DNA of 64,000 nt from Heterodontus francisci (Eukaryota), in contig NC_090383.1 of the NCBI RefSeq assembly GCF_036365525.1, forward strand, positions 12,451,384 through 12,515,383, read 5' to 3'. The position numbers and the translations under genes are program-made. Shown here one piece after another: positions 1 to 11,904 of this stretch. The notes under the pieces are model-generated. The model was not told the origin of the DNA and ran no database searches. It worked only from the letters and a program-made list of their open reading frames with translations. Position 1 is the stretch's first letter. Each line of letters begins with the position of its first letter.

Positions 1-1118
1 GGTGGATGTATTGTACTTAATTTCCAGAAGGCATTTGATAAGGTGCCACATCAAAGGTTATTGCAGAAAATAAAAGCTTACGGTGTAGGGGGTAACATAT
101 TAGCATGCATAGAAGATTGGCTAGCTAACAGCAACAGAGATTAGGCATAAATGGGTCATTTTCTGGTTGGCAAGATGTAATGAGTGGTGTGCCATCGGGA
201 TCTGTACTGGGCCCTCAATTATTTACAATTTATATAAATGAATTAGATGAAGGGACCGAAGGTATGGTTGCTAAATTTGCTGATTACACAAAGATAGGTA
301 GGAAAGTAACTTGTGAAGAAGACATAAGGGGGCTACAAAGGGATATAGATGGGTTAAGTGAGTGGGCAAAGACCTGGCAAATGGAGTATAATGTGGGAAA
401 GTGTGAAATTGTCCACTTTGGTAGGAAGAATAAAAAAGAAGCATATTATCTAGATGATGAGAGATTGCAGAGCTCTGAGATACAGAGGGATCTGGGTCCT
501 AGTACATGAATCGCAAAAGGTTAGTATGCAGGCACAGCATGTACTTGGGAAAGCTAATAGAATGTTATCGTTTATCACAAGGGGAACTGAATACAAAAGT
601 AGGGAGGTTATGTTTCAGCTATACAGGGCACTGGTGAGACCACATCTGGAGTACCTAAAATGGGCAGACTGTCTTATGAGGAAAGATTGGACAAGTTAGG
701 CTTCTATCTGTTGGAATTTAGAAGAGTAAGAGGCAACTTGATTGAAACATATAAGATCCTGAGGGGTCTTGACAGGGTGGATGTGGGAAGGATGTTTCCC
801 CTTGTGGGAGAATCTAGAACTAGGGGTCACTGTTTAAAAATAAGGGGTTGCCCATTTAAGACAGAGATGAGGAGAAATACTTTCTCTCAGAGGGTCGTGA
901 GTCTTTGGAATTCTCTTCCTCAAAAGGCGGTGGAAGTAGAGTCTTTGAATATGTTTAAGGCAGAGGTAGATAGATTCTTGATAAGCAAGGGGGTGAAAGG
1001 TTATCGGGGGTAGGTGGATATGTGGAGTAATCAGTTCAGCCATGAACTCATTGATTGGCGGAACAGGCTCGAAGGGCCAAGTGGCCTACTCCTGATCCTA
1101 ATTCGTATGTTCGTATGT
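1..1118 (+). mobile_element. CR1 (HER1-like) LINE, 3' part, frameshifted RT
   Basis: ORF fragments SGVPSGSVLGPQLFTIYIN, KFADYTKIG, LYRALVRPHLEY; ends in CR1-type microsatellite tail ttcgtatgttcgtatg. Confidence 0.92.
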
Positions 1119-1359
1119 AAGTGTACCAAAGGACTGGGGCATTGGCAAATGTTACACCCTGCTATAAAGGGTGAGGGATAACTAAGTAATCATAGAGCAG
1201 CTAACCTATGATCTTTCTCCACAGATGTTGCCTGGTCTGCTGAGAATTTCCAGTAATTTCTGTTTTTATATCAGTGATAGGGAAACTACCAGAAATCACA
1301 ATAAAAGATAATATTAGTTTATATTCAGAAAAGTATGAGCTAATCTCAGACAGTCAATA

Positions 1360-2935
1360 ATTTGTCTTCAATTCCATGGGCTTCAACTTTAGCTAACAGT
1401 CTCTTATGAGGGATTTTATCAAATGCCTTCTGGAAATCCATATAAATAATATCCATAGACATTCTCCTGTCCAGTACTTTAGTCACCTCTAAAGAATTTA
1501 ATCAGATTGTCAGACACGATCTACCCTTTACAAATCCATCTAGCTGTATCTGATCAGCTGAAAAGTTTCAAACTGTTCAGTCACTAATCCTTAATTATAG
1601 ACTCTAACAATTTCCCAACAAAAGATATTGGGCTAACTGGTCTATAATTCCCTGGTTTTCCTCTCATATCATTTTTAAATAGTGGAGCGACATGCTAATC
1701 TAAAGATACAGTTTCCAAATCAAGAGAACTTTGGAAGATTATAGTTACGGCATCTGTAACATTCTCACCTACTTCTTTTCAAACCCTGGAACGGAAACTA
1801 TCTGGTCCTGTAGATTTGATACTCTTTCGTGCCATTACTTTCTTCATTACTGTTATTTTGCTTATGTTAATTTCGGTGAGTCCTTGTTCCTGATTCAATA
1901 TTAGTTTCCTTGGGATTTCCGGCAATCTGACCGCTTCCTTTAATATAAATATTGACGCAAGGCAATTATTTAACAGATCCATCATTTCCTTATTTTCGTT
2001 GACAGTATCACTGTTGTGTCAAGGGGCCCACATTGCTCTTGACCACCCTCTCTCTCCCTTTTTTAACATAATTGTAAAAACTTTTTGTGTTTATTTTGAT
2101 ATCCCTTGTAAGTTTCTTTTCATATTCCCTTTGTGTAGCTCTATTTGTTTCATCACCCTTTGCTGTTCTTTGTATGTTTCCCATTTGCCAGGATCTGAAC
2201 TATATTTTGCATTTCTGTATGCTTTATCTTCTAGTTTTATGTTGTCTCATCACTTTAGTCATCCATGGCTTCTTTTTCTGGCAAGTAGAGGTCTTGCTCC
2301 TTAGGGGTATAAACTGGTCCGGTATCATATTGAATTCCTTTTTGAACACCTCCCACTGACCTTCTCTGTCGTTTTACCCATAAACAGACTTGCCCAGTTT
2401 ACTGTGTTTTTATTTATTTTTTATTTAGAGATACAGCACTGAAACAGGCCCTTCGGCCCACCGAGTCTGTGCCGACCAACAACCACCCATTTATACTAAC
2501 CCTACAGTAATCCCATATTCCCTATCACCTATCTACACTAGGGGCAATTTATAACAGCCAATTTACCTATCACCTGCAAGTCTTTTGATGTGGGAGGAAA
2601 CCGGAGCACCCGGAGAAAACCCACGCAGACACAGGGAGAACTTGCAAACTCCGCACAGGCAGTACCCAGAATCGAACCCGGGTCCCTGGAGCTGTGAGGC
2701 TGCAGTGCTAACCACTGCGCCACCGTGCCGCCCCAAACTGTCATTGAAGTCAACCTTACCTAACTCTAAAATCTTAGTGGCTTTTTCATGTTTCTCCCTT
2801 TGAAACATATGTTGAATTCGATCATATTATGATCACTATTAGATGAATGTTGATGCATCATTAGGCTAACTAAATCTGGCTCATTATTCATTACTAAATC
2901 TAATGTGGCATTCCCCTTGTTGGTTCGAGGACATA
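1360..2935 (-). mobile_element. Older degraded CR1 LINE fragment, interrupted by a SINE
   Basis: Minus strand shows CR1 ORF2 remnants (KSTGPD, KPGNYRPVS-like, DFQKAFDK-like) with many stops. Confidence 0.75.
2406..2733 (-). mobile_element. HE1-type tRNA-derived V-SINE
   Basis: Minus strand: head GGGCGGCACGGTGGCGCAGTGGTTAGCAC (A box), GGTTCGATTC (B box), V-domain GTGCGGAGTTTGCA...GGGTTTTCTCCGGGTGCTCCGGTTTCCTCCCAC, CR1-like tail GGGCCGAAGGGCCTGTTTC and A-rich end. Confidence 0.9.
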
Positions 2936-2937
2936 TT

Positions 2938-3904
2938 GGGTAGGATTTTGCCTTTTAGATGGGGACCAGTGTCGGGGTCAAATGTGGGTTACGACCCCAC
3001 ATTGTCTGAGCAACAGTCACCTGACAATGATATTCCCCGAATTGGCCAATGAGTGGCCAGAGGGCAAGCTCACCATCCAATTAAGGATTGGTCGGGGAAT
3101 CTAAAACACGGGGGCACAGTCTCAGGATAAGGGGCCAATCATTCAGGACTGAGATGAGGAAAAATTACTTCACTCAAAGGGTTGTGAATCTTTAGAATTC
3201 TCTACCCCAGAGGGCTGTGGATGCTCCATTTTTGAATACATTTAAGGCTGGGATAGATAGTTTTTTGGTCTCTCAGGGAATCAAAGGGTATGGTGAGCAG
3301 GCGGGAAAGTGGAATTGAATCATTTTGAATGGTGCAGCAGGCTTGATGAGCCATAAGGTCAACTCCTGCTTCTATTTCTTGTATGTTCTTGTGTTCTCAA
3401 AGCTGGAGGGCCAATAGGAGACCCTCCAGCTCGGATGGAGCTGAAGCCTGCAGTTCAGTTTTGAGAGAGGGCACTTCCATTTTGAGGCGCCTTCTCTTCA
3501 ATTTTCTAAGTTTTCAAATTTAAAAATAGCCTCAGCGGCCAGCCCACCTTGATGGAAGGAGAGCCCCTCTACAGGGTGACCTGTGGCTGCAGCTGAAGCC
3601 AGGCAGGCGGGGAGGGCCTCAAAGCATGCCTGGAGTGCCCGCCCCTGGTCTGCTGCCGTGAGACTGCCTCCACGCAATTGACATAGTCCCAGCGCTCGGG
3701 GGACCCACAGGCCGACTGGAAAATTCAGTCTGAATGCCTCTGACAATAGGCCATTAAGTACCTTCAAATGGCCTGCAGGCACGTAGCCCTCCAGCCGTCA
3801 ATCCTGCCACCTGGGGAGGGGTGGGTTGGTGCCTGCCACCATCGCCAAGTTTTGCACCCGCCCACCTCCATATTCGCCCCCATCGGAGGTTGAAAATCCT
3901 GCCT
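2938..3904. mobile_element. Non-autonomous PIF/Harbinger-like element (MITE)
   Basis: TIRs GGGTAGGATTTT / AAAATCCTGCCT, 3-bp TSD ATT on both sides; contains a CR1 3' fragment. Confidence 0.7.
3090..3396 (+). mobile_element. 5'-truncated CR1 3' end nested in the MITE
   Basis: GESKTRGHSLRIRG...LRNYFTQRVVNL-like remnant plus 3' UTR and tatgttcttgtgttct tail. Confidence 0.85.
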
Positions 3905-3999
3905 ATTGTTGCAGAAAACTATCCTAGGCGCAAAGATGGATCTGGGGTAAAAATACACACATCTTTAAAAGGAAGACTGCAAATGGAAAAAGCCACAAT

Positions 4000-5222
4000 G
4001 AGAGCAAAAATGATTTGGGGTTTTATATGTAGTAGCATTTAATTAAAAAAGGTGATGATAATGAATCTGTGCAAGACATTGCTTAGGATACAGCTGTTAT
4101 AAAAAGGATAGTAACACCACAGAAAAGATGCAACATAGATTTACTAGAATTTTAACAGGGATGAGACGATATAATTAAGATAGAAATTTTATAAACTAAG
4201 GTTACTATTAAAGCATAGAAAATTGAGGAGGCGATTAAACAAAAGTGTCAAAAAATTTGAAAGCATTTGAGAAGGTATGGTGAAAGATTATTGCCACTGA
4301 CGGGTGAAATGGTAATAAGGATATATTCCGTTAAGAGTTCACACCAGAAGCATAAAGGGAGAGGTTAGAAGATTTTCTATGCAAAAGATTATTAAAATAT
4401 GAAATACATTATCACAAGTGACTACTGAAACTGAATCAGTTGTGGCTGCACTGAGAATACTGCATACAGTTTTGGTCCCCTCATATGGTGAGTAATATAT
4501 CTGGTCAATGTAGTCTTCTGGTCTAAGGCGTTGAAGTAGAATTTTTCTGATTTCTTTCCCGAATTGGCCTTGTGTTTTTAACAATTTTTTTGCCTCTTCC
4601 ATGAAATTGTATGGATGCTGCTGGGTGCTTCAGGCACCCCAATTGTGTGCAGCTGGCTTGAAGGTCTTTGCCTACCCATCAACTTCATATGTTCATAACT
4701 AGACACGCCTCTGTCCATCTCACCTTTACCTTCTTCTTCAGGGCATCTGTTAGTGGGGCGGCTAGGATGCTAAAGTTTACTAGCTACCACCTAGTAGGAC
4801 AAGGGCAGCAAATGCATGGGAATACCACCATCTGCAAGTTCCTCTCCAAGCCACACACCATCCTGTCTTGGAACTATATCGCTGTTCCTTCACTGTTGCT
4901 GGGTCAAAATCCTGGAACTCCCTTCCTAACAGCACTGTGGGTGTACCTATCCCACATGGACTGCAGCAGTTCAAGAAGGCAGTTCACCACCACCTTCTCA
5001 AGGGAAATTAGGGTTGGGCAATAAATGCTGGCCTGGTCAGTGACACCCACATCCCATGAATGAATAAAAAAAACATTCAAAGAGGTAAAATATTAAAAGA
5101 GATAGGAAAAGAGCATACAAATTGGATTCAAATAGATAGTTCTAATATATAGAGTTAGCACTGGCACAGGCATGAGATGGATTAAATTATTTCCTTCTCT
5201 ACCAAAATTTCTATGATTCTAT
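4000..5222 (+). mobile_element. Highly decayed CR1 3' remnants (discontinuous)
   Basis: Degenerate matches to CR1 RT C-terminus (aagatgcaacatagatttactaga, gagaatactgcatacagttttggtcccc) and tail ttctatgattctat. Confidence 0.55.
4785..5073 (+). mobile_element. 3' end of APE-RT LINE family X (CR1/Jockey group)
   Basis: Same 3' sequence as the 38.6-41.5 kb copy, ending aataaatgctggcc...cacatcccatgaatgaataaaaaaaa. Confidence 0.85.
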
Positions 5223-5762
5223 AAATGGGATAAAGTGCATTCTTCATCCAGAACGGTCAAATGCTTTCGGGACAATTCAAGGGATGTAAGCACCGTCACA
5301 TATATAGGACAATCTGTGATTATTTGATCATTTACAGTATTTCTGGTGATCTAAAATGAAACAATCTGACCAGAAGAGAATGTAGACAACATAACTGGTA
5401 AAAACATGTAAATAATCCCGATCATTTCAGTTCAACAGCAGAAAGAAAGAGAAGAATGATTCAGAAAGTAAATCACTTTTTAATAGAAATTTTAAAGTAC
5501 TTTCTTGATGAAGAAACCAGAGGATAACAACACAGTAAACTGAACAAGCTTAATGGGTGAATAATGTCTCTCATTCCAATAATGTTGTAATCAACATGAA
5601 GGTACGGTTCTCCTCATTTGTGTTTTAAATCACACCAATGTTTTATTGAAAGGAGGCAGCAAAACAAAAGTAAGTTCATAGGCCCTAATTAGCATACAAT
5701 AGCAAGCTCTGTATCAGTTTTATAAGTGTAATTTGAACTATGTTTAAAGAACAGAGGCACTA

Positions 5763-6422
5763 CGGACCCAATTTTCAAAGGAACGTGGGGTTGGGCGCCA
5801 TTTGAAAATCGTGATCCCAAAGGTCATCTCAGGATCCCAACGCCTCCAGGACAGTTTCAAATTTTCAAAGTGCTAGTGAGGTGGGGTGGGGGGGCAGGGA
5901 ACGGGGAACATGCACGTTGCCAATTAAAGGCCCATTAAGCTCCTTTAGGAGCTTGTTAAGGGGCTTGGGCGTTCAGGAAGGCAATTTTTAAATTTGATTT
6001 TGCCAACCCAACCAGTCAGGTGCACATTAGTGCACAGTTGTCGGGGGAAAAAGAAAATTTGTTTCTATGTGTGTTGAAATGAAATTTGAGGGCAAACTAG
6101 TGCCAGGTCAAGCGCTGTACCCCCACTTGGCGTTCATGACTACTTACTGCTATCTTTATTGTCCTGTACCTTTCATGAGCTACCTACTCTCCTTGGCAAG
6201 GCAGCGGCAGCCCCAACAAGACATCCGCTGCCTTTGTTGCTGGCGCCAGGCAGGCAGCTCCTGCCTCCTGGAGGTGCTCTAATTGGATGCCGAGCTCGCC
6301 TCTTGTCCAATTAGGGCATTAGCATTCAAAGATTGCGTCACGAGAACAATGCAGCTGAAGCGTGTGGTCATGACCTTCACCGGGATGTCGGGATCCCAGC
6401 CCTGCTTTTGAAAATCTGGCCG
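5763..6422. mobile_element. Probable Harbinger-like MITE
   Basis: Imperfect TIRs cggacccaattttcaaa / tttgaaaatctggccg, GC-richer interior; TSD not clear. Confidence 0.5.
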
Positions 6423-7329
6423 CACATCTAAAGTGAAAACACCTAACATTCTTGTTCATTTGTTCTGCCTCTGCACAGGTATAAATAGGGCCAAAGCAGT
6501 ATAGCAAATAAAGGTGTGAATCCTGACGACGTAATTTTTAGTCCAAGTTGGATTAGAGAAGTGCCGGAGTATGTGTTGCTTTGTGCTGTTGAAATAAATA
6601 GTAAGGCTTTGTAAAAGCCGAATGTTTAACTCCATCAACCTGCCTTGCTGATAGCGTCAAGAGAAACCCTTTTCCATATTGATGCAGGATCTAGCCGCAG
6701 CACAAGAAAAATGAGCTCTAACTGTTCGTAGTTGGGATCAGGACTGTAACACAAAAAGATACATTCCAATGCCCAGTTCGATAAATGCTATTTAGTGATA
6801 AGCTTACCTAAACTTTTGTTACAGACTGAAACAACTAACTACGGAGATTGACCAATGTCCTTGGTTGCATCTAAATGAACAATACTGCTCTATAAATAAC
6901 AAAATGATAGTTTGTAACAAGAAAGCATGAGGTGGCAAGTGGCATTTTGACATTGCACTTTGCCAAAAAGAATATATTTCAGACAGAGTTCCAAGCATAA
7001 AAATTAGATATAGTTTTAGGACTACGTTATTTGAATGTAAAAATAAAATGTGGATCAATCACCAGCCCAAGATAACCAGGTGGAAAGTCCCCAGTTTGGG
7101 TTGCAGGCGAAGGATTGGTCATGCAAGCAGTGTGGGCCAGCAGAGACCATTTTTACCATCATCTTAATGAGTGAATAAAAAGCAACTTAGACGCTAAAAC
7201 TCAAAAATTAATTCAACAGAGAGAAAATAGGCATTGTAATAATGAAAGGAATAGGAACAACTTGGGGGTTCAGCTTCTTTTAAGTATAAATTGTTCCAAT
7301 GTAATACTTTCTTATACATTGACACTAAA

Positions 7330-7695
7330 TAGCTCTCCTGATGGCTGACTGAGTAAATATGCTTATGTGATGAATTAGTTGATCACAATGTGACAAAAGT
7401 GGAAGTGTTATAATGCATGCATTGGGTATCTCTGAGCTTGGTGGGAAGGTTTGCCAGGGTTCTGCTCCTGATTGCTATTCAGTGACTCTGCGTCGAAAAT
7501 GTTTGTATAGGGGCAACGTCTTGCGAGGACAGGACTGGGTTTAGCAGTGAGAAACCCAACAGTTCAATAATCCACTGTCATTCACTATACAGGCTTTGGC
7601 ATGAAAAGAGCCCCTTTGCGGGGAGTGCCAGAGGATTAGTTATCCACAGAAACGATAGGCTGGTATGAAAGGAAAGGTTAGGGAGAAAATCTAAG
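7330..7695 (+). mobile_element. Old degraded SINE
   Basis: Motif gccagggttctgctcctgattgctattcagtgac...gaggacaggactggg resembles a recurrent shark SINE body from memory; a related remnant lies near 63160-63265. Confidence 0.5.
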
Positions 7696-7862
7696 GAATA
7701 AAATCAAACTTCAGATGATTTTTATTTGTAACTATTCATGAAGTCAGAAATAAATAGCACAAGGATTAAAACAAAATCCCAATATTTATTCAGTTGCAGC
7801 ATTTGTGTGTCAGTGAAAGAATATTAGTGGTTTTAATCACAGAATTCAATCTTTGTGGCGCC

Positions 7863-8112
7863 ACTGTACTGGATTATGAAACAGACTGCAAATACATTCA
7901 TTCTACAATCGTTAAACTATTCTGTCAAACAACATTCCCAAACTTTTTCAAGATCACAGAGAACTGGGGAAATCAGTCAAATAAAAACAGAAAATGCTGG
8001 AAATACGCAGAAGGTCTGTCAGCATCTGTAGTGAGAGAAGCTGAGTTAAAGTTTCAGGTCTGTGACCTTTCATCAAAAAGAAATATTGCTCCTTAGATTT
8101 TACTTCCTCATT
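7863..8112 (+). repeat. 250-bp local duplication, copy 1 (contains Penelope-like short repeat)
   Basis: Matches 9218-9468 with 3 substitutions and 1 indel by eye. Confidence 0.95.
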
Positions 8113-8425
8113 TTTAGAACTTTAGAAAGTTGGTTTCTTTTATCACAAAAGGTTAAAATGTTTTACTGTGAATGCATCTTCACACAATTACATTTTCTTT
8201 ACTTCAATATTGATTTCAGGAACCTTCAGACAAAGCAATATTTTTCCAAACATTGGAAACTAAATTTACATTAAGAACATAGGTCGTGCCTGTCACTCAG
8301 TTAGGTAACACTGATGCCTCTCTGTTTTCAAAGTACACCACTTGCATTGGAAGTTTGAAAGAAATTGTTACTACAGTGAAGTGTCTAAGAAGAACCTTTT
8401 TTCTTGTCTCACTTCAACAACCATC

Positions 8426-9168
8426 GGGCTGGATTTTAAAGGCCCTCGCTGCCAGGAACGGTGGCAGGGCGGCAATGAAAATCGGTAGGGCAGAGGCCCG
8501 CCACCAATCCAGTCAGCAGGCCCCATACCCAACTTGGCGGCGAGGCCTTGTTGCAGCTGCCCCGTCGCTCGGTGACGGGACCTGCATTAAAATATGTAAA
8601 TGCCTACTACCATGCAGACTGCAGCGATTCTGCCATCGTGTTGCCATCTTCATTCTTGCCGCCGACAATGCCGCGCCATCGAATCCCTGTTCGGGGAAAT
8701 GTGGGGAGGGGGAAGATTTTTTCTCCATGTGGGAGGCGGGAAGCGGGGATGGGGTAAAGAACAAAGGTGCTGAACTTTTGTGGGGGGGTGGGGGGAGAGG
8801 TCAAATTTTCAATATAGGAATTCTGGGGGGGAAGGGTAGGAATGTTGTGATATGCCACTGGGAGGGGGGGTGGGAAATGCATGGAAATGTAATCTCATTT
8901 TTCCAAAGTTTTCCTTTAACTGGCACTTTAAATTTTAAATGTACATTGAGGGCTGTAAGCTTTTTAAAAATGGTGCTGGCGCCTGCGCATTGGCACGGAT
9001 GCTGTTGCCGGCCCCTCCATGTCATCGCGGGGTGCGGGTGCCGTGGCCATGCAAATGAGCCGCTGCATTTGAAATCGCGGCGGCTCAACAACGTGGTCCC
9101 CGTGCGTGAGGGCCGCATTTTTTTATGTCCACTGCCTACTTTGGCAGCGGAGTGTTAAAATGCAGTCC
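8426..9168. mobile_element. PIF/Harbinger-like MITE
   Basis: TIRs GGGCTGGATTTTA / TAAAATGCAGTCC (11/13), 3-bp TSD ATC on both sides. Confidence 0.75.
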
Positions 9169-9217
9169 ATCATCTCTGAATACCAGCAGTGATCTGTTCA
9201 ATTGGTTCAGCTTTCCT

Positions 9218-9468
9218 ACTGTACTGGATTATGAAACAGACTGCAAATACATTCATTCTACAATCAGTTAAACTATTCTGTCAAACAACATTCCCAAACT
9301 TTTTCAAGATCACAGAGAACTGGGGAAATCAGTCAAATAAAAACAGAAAATGCTGGAAATACGCAGAAGGTCTGTCAGCATCTGTAATGAGAGAAGCTGA
9401 GTTAAAGTTTCAGGTCTGTGACCTTTCGTCAGAAAGAAATATTGCTCCTTAGATTTTACTTCCTCATT
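9218..9468 (+). repeat. 250-bp local duplication, copy 2
   Basis: Near-identical to 7863-8112. Confidence 0.95.
9399..9433 (-). ncRNA. Minimal hammerhead ribozyme-like core in a Penelope-type repeat
   Basis: Minus strand CTGACGA-AAGGTC-ACA-GACCT-GAAAC-TTTAAC: CUGANGA box, stem II, GAAA box. Confidence 0.55.
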
Positions 9469-9647
9469 AAATAAATGTGCAGGAACATTACGCCTGGCAG
9501 AAATCGGGAGAGGGGGCAATTAAATTAACGGGAGTCACTTACTCCCTCTGAACCCGCTTCCTTCCCGCTGTGTCCCCATATTAACCTGCTCTTTTGTGCA
9601 GGTGAGTAGGGTGCATCCAGGAAGGAAGTGGAGTGCTACTTCCCACC

Positions 9648-10210
9648 TAGAATCATAGAGTCATAGAGTCATACAGCACAGAAACAGGCCCTTCGGCCCT
9701 TGGTGTCTGTGCCAGCTATCAAGCACCTATCTATTCTAATCCCATTTTCCAGCACTTGGCCCGTAGCCTTGTATGTTCTGGCATTTCAAGTGCTCATCTA
9801 AATACTTCTTAAATGTTGTGAGGGTTCCTGCCTCTACCACCCCTTCAGTGTGTTCCAGATTCCAATCACCCTCTGGGTGAAAAATTATTTCCTCAAACCT
9901 CCTCTAAACCGCCTGCCTTAAATCTATGCCGCATGGTTACTGACCCCTCTGCTAAGGGAATAAGTTTCTTCCTATCTATCCTATCAATGCCCCTCATCAT
10001 TTTTTATACCTCAATCAGGTCCCCCCTCAGCCTTCTCTGCTCTAAGGAAAACAACCCTAGCCTATCCAGTCACTCTTCATAGCTGAAATGCTCCAGCCCA
10101 GGCAACATCCTGCTGAATCTCCTCTGCACCCTCTCCAGTGCAATCACATCCTTCCCATAAGGTGGTGCCCAGAACTGTACACAGTACTCCAGCTGTGGCC
10201 TAACTAGCGT
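9648..10210 (-). mobile_element. CR1 (HER1-like) 3' fragment
   Basis: [16 protein letters not shown]...[14 protein letters not shown]; tail ctctatgactctatgattcta on minus strand. Confidence 0.92.
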
Positions 10211-10572
10211 TACCTCCCCATTAATATTGGGGCTCAAGATTCTGCAGTAAACAAAAATGCTGTTATTACACATGATAAAGTACAAGTTCTTCTAAATTCA
10301 AAATGCTAGATTACATTCCACAAATATGACCGTTGTCATTCACTGAAGGTTATTCAGTCTCCATCTATTGGTTTATACTAAAATTGGCCGATGGGTCACA
10401 ACATTTTATTTCAAAACGCATTGAAAACCCCTATGCCAATGACTTTTTCATTTTTACAAGTACCTACATTTACCTGCAATACCTGTTATACTGCGATTGG
10501 AGGGGAGCTTTCCAAAGTTAAGTGTTCTGCTATTAAGCTAAAGGTACATGAATTCGACCTCCCCCAAATCTC

Positions 10573-10634
10573 TCAAATCAGGCAGCCTCCAAATCCCAGA
10601 AAGTGCAGTGTCTTCTTAATCCAAGACTTGGGAC
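10573..10634 (-). CDS. Putative terminal coding exon of unidentified divergent gene ((G)PKSWIKKTLHFLGFGGCLI*)
   Basis: Acceptor tttcttcttgcatttttaaag|, phase 1 matches the 19321-19505 exon, TGA at 10573-10575, AATAAA at 10405-10410 (minus). No homology recognised. Confidence 0.35.
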
Positions 10635-11904
10635 CTTTAAAAATGCAAGAAGAAACAAAACCAGTACAAACACTTCTCCCCCACTGAAGTACTTTTCCTC
10701 CTATTCCCACTGCCAGTGTTTTCCACCACCCTGTTCATCCCCTACTTTTCCTCCTGTCCCTTGTCCTCAGCCAAGATTGCCCCTTTCCAGACCCTCCTAC
10801 CCCTGCTGATATTGTTTTGCATGATCACCTAGTCCAGATTCCTCATTCCCCTGTTACTGAGTTAGTTTCCCAACCCTCACACCCCTTTGACAAGGTAATG
10901 CACCGCAAGCTAATTTCCTGGACTCCTCTCCGTGCTGAGGTTATTTATCGTTCCCAACTCCCTACAAAAGAAGTCTATCTGAGGTGCAGTCCTTCTATAC
11001 CTTCTCTGAGTTGGTTTTATTGCCTTCCCCTACTGAGATAGTTTCCTTTCAGCCCTCCTCCTCACTAAGGCAGTTTCACTACAAATGCCCCTCCCCTGCT
11101 AAAATGGTATGTCTCTCTCTTCTCCATGCGCCACACCCCAAAGTAGTTTTTCAGCTCCCTCCCATAAACCCCCCCCAATCAGTGAACCAGTTTTCTGGAC
11201 TCTTTGTCACTGATGTTGTGTGGCATTACACCCCTTTGCCTCAGTTGAGGGAATCTTACTGAGATAATTTCCTTCCACCGATGATGTGTTCTTGCTCCCC
11301 TCCTTCCCTCTTGCTACACCTTGGTCCAATTACCATTCGCCCTCTCCCATTAGTTAGTCACTTTTCAGGAGAATGAGTCAGTCTCTTCTTGATCGCATCT
11401 CTAACTCTCTCAGTCTCCAAGTTTCCCAGATTCAGTTCCCCCCTTTGACTCTTCCAGGCAGTCTGTCTGTTTTTCCTAGCTTCCTATATTCTTTCGCTCT
11501 ACTCCTTCTCTGTCTCCCCTAAGCAGTCTCCTCTGTCCCAAAAGAGGGGAAGAGACCAGAAGTAGGAGGACCAGTCAAATATGCTTGTATAATAGTTGAA
11601 ACACACTAGCAAGCAGTATAATCGGACACTTTCAAAAGCTAAAGGGGAATTGTCATGGTAGTCACAAAATATTGCAACACCTTTTCATTTCTTCTAGATA
11701 AGGCAAAAGAAGAGGCTACTGAGGAGCAAGAGGAAGGAAAAGGCGAGTGGCCTTCCACTCTTACCTAAACAGCCACAACCTCACCCATGCCATCATTTTC
11801 CCATTCTAACTTAGTCAGCAATCTAGAGAACTCCACATGGAGAGATATAGATCGCTCCATTAATGGTTCCAGAATCAAGAAATGAAAATGGGATCAAAAA
11901 ATGG

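Noticed and set aside
2690-2733. tRNA gene
   Set aside because: The A/B boxes belong to a SINE head; there is no complete cloverleaf.
6808-6870. Minus-strand exon-like segment with good donor (tag|gtaagc)
   Set aside because: Stops in all three frames and no other support; could only be non-coding.
8286-9158. 290-aa ORF
   Set aside because: Runs through a GC-rich MITE bounded by TIRs and a TSD, has no recognisable domain and starts at a non-ATG codon; a chance ORF.
10680-11545. Pyrimidine/C-rich tract as a repeat array or coding region
   Set aside because: No discernible periodic unit or conserved ORF; low-complexity sequence.
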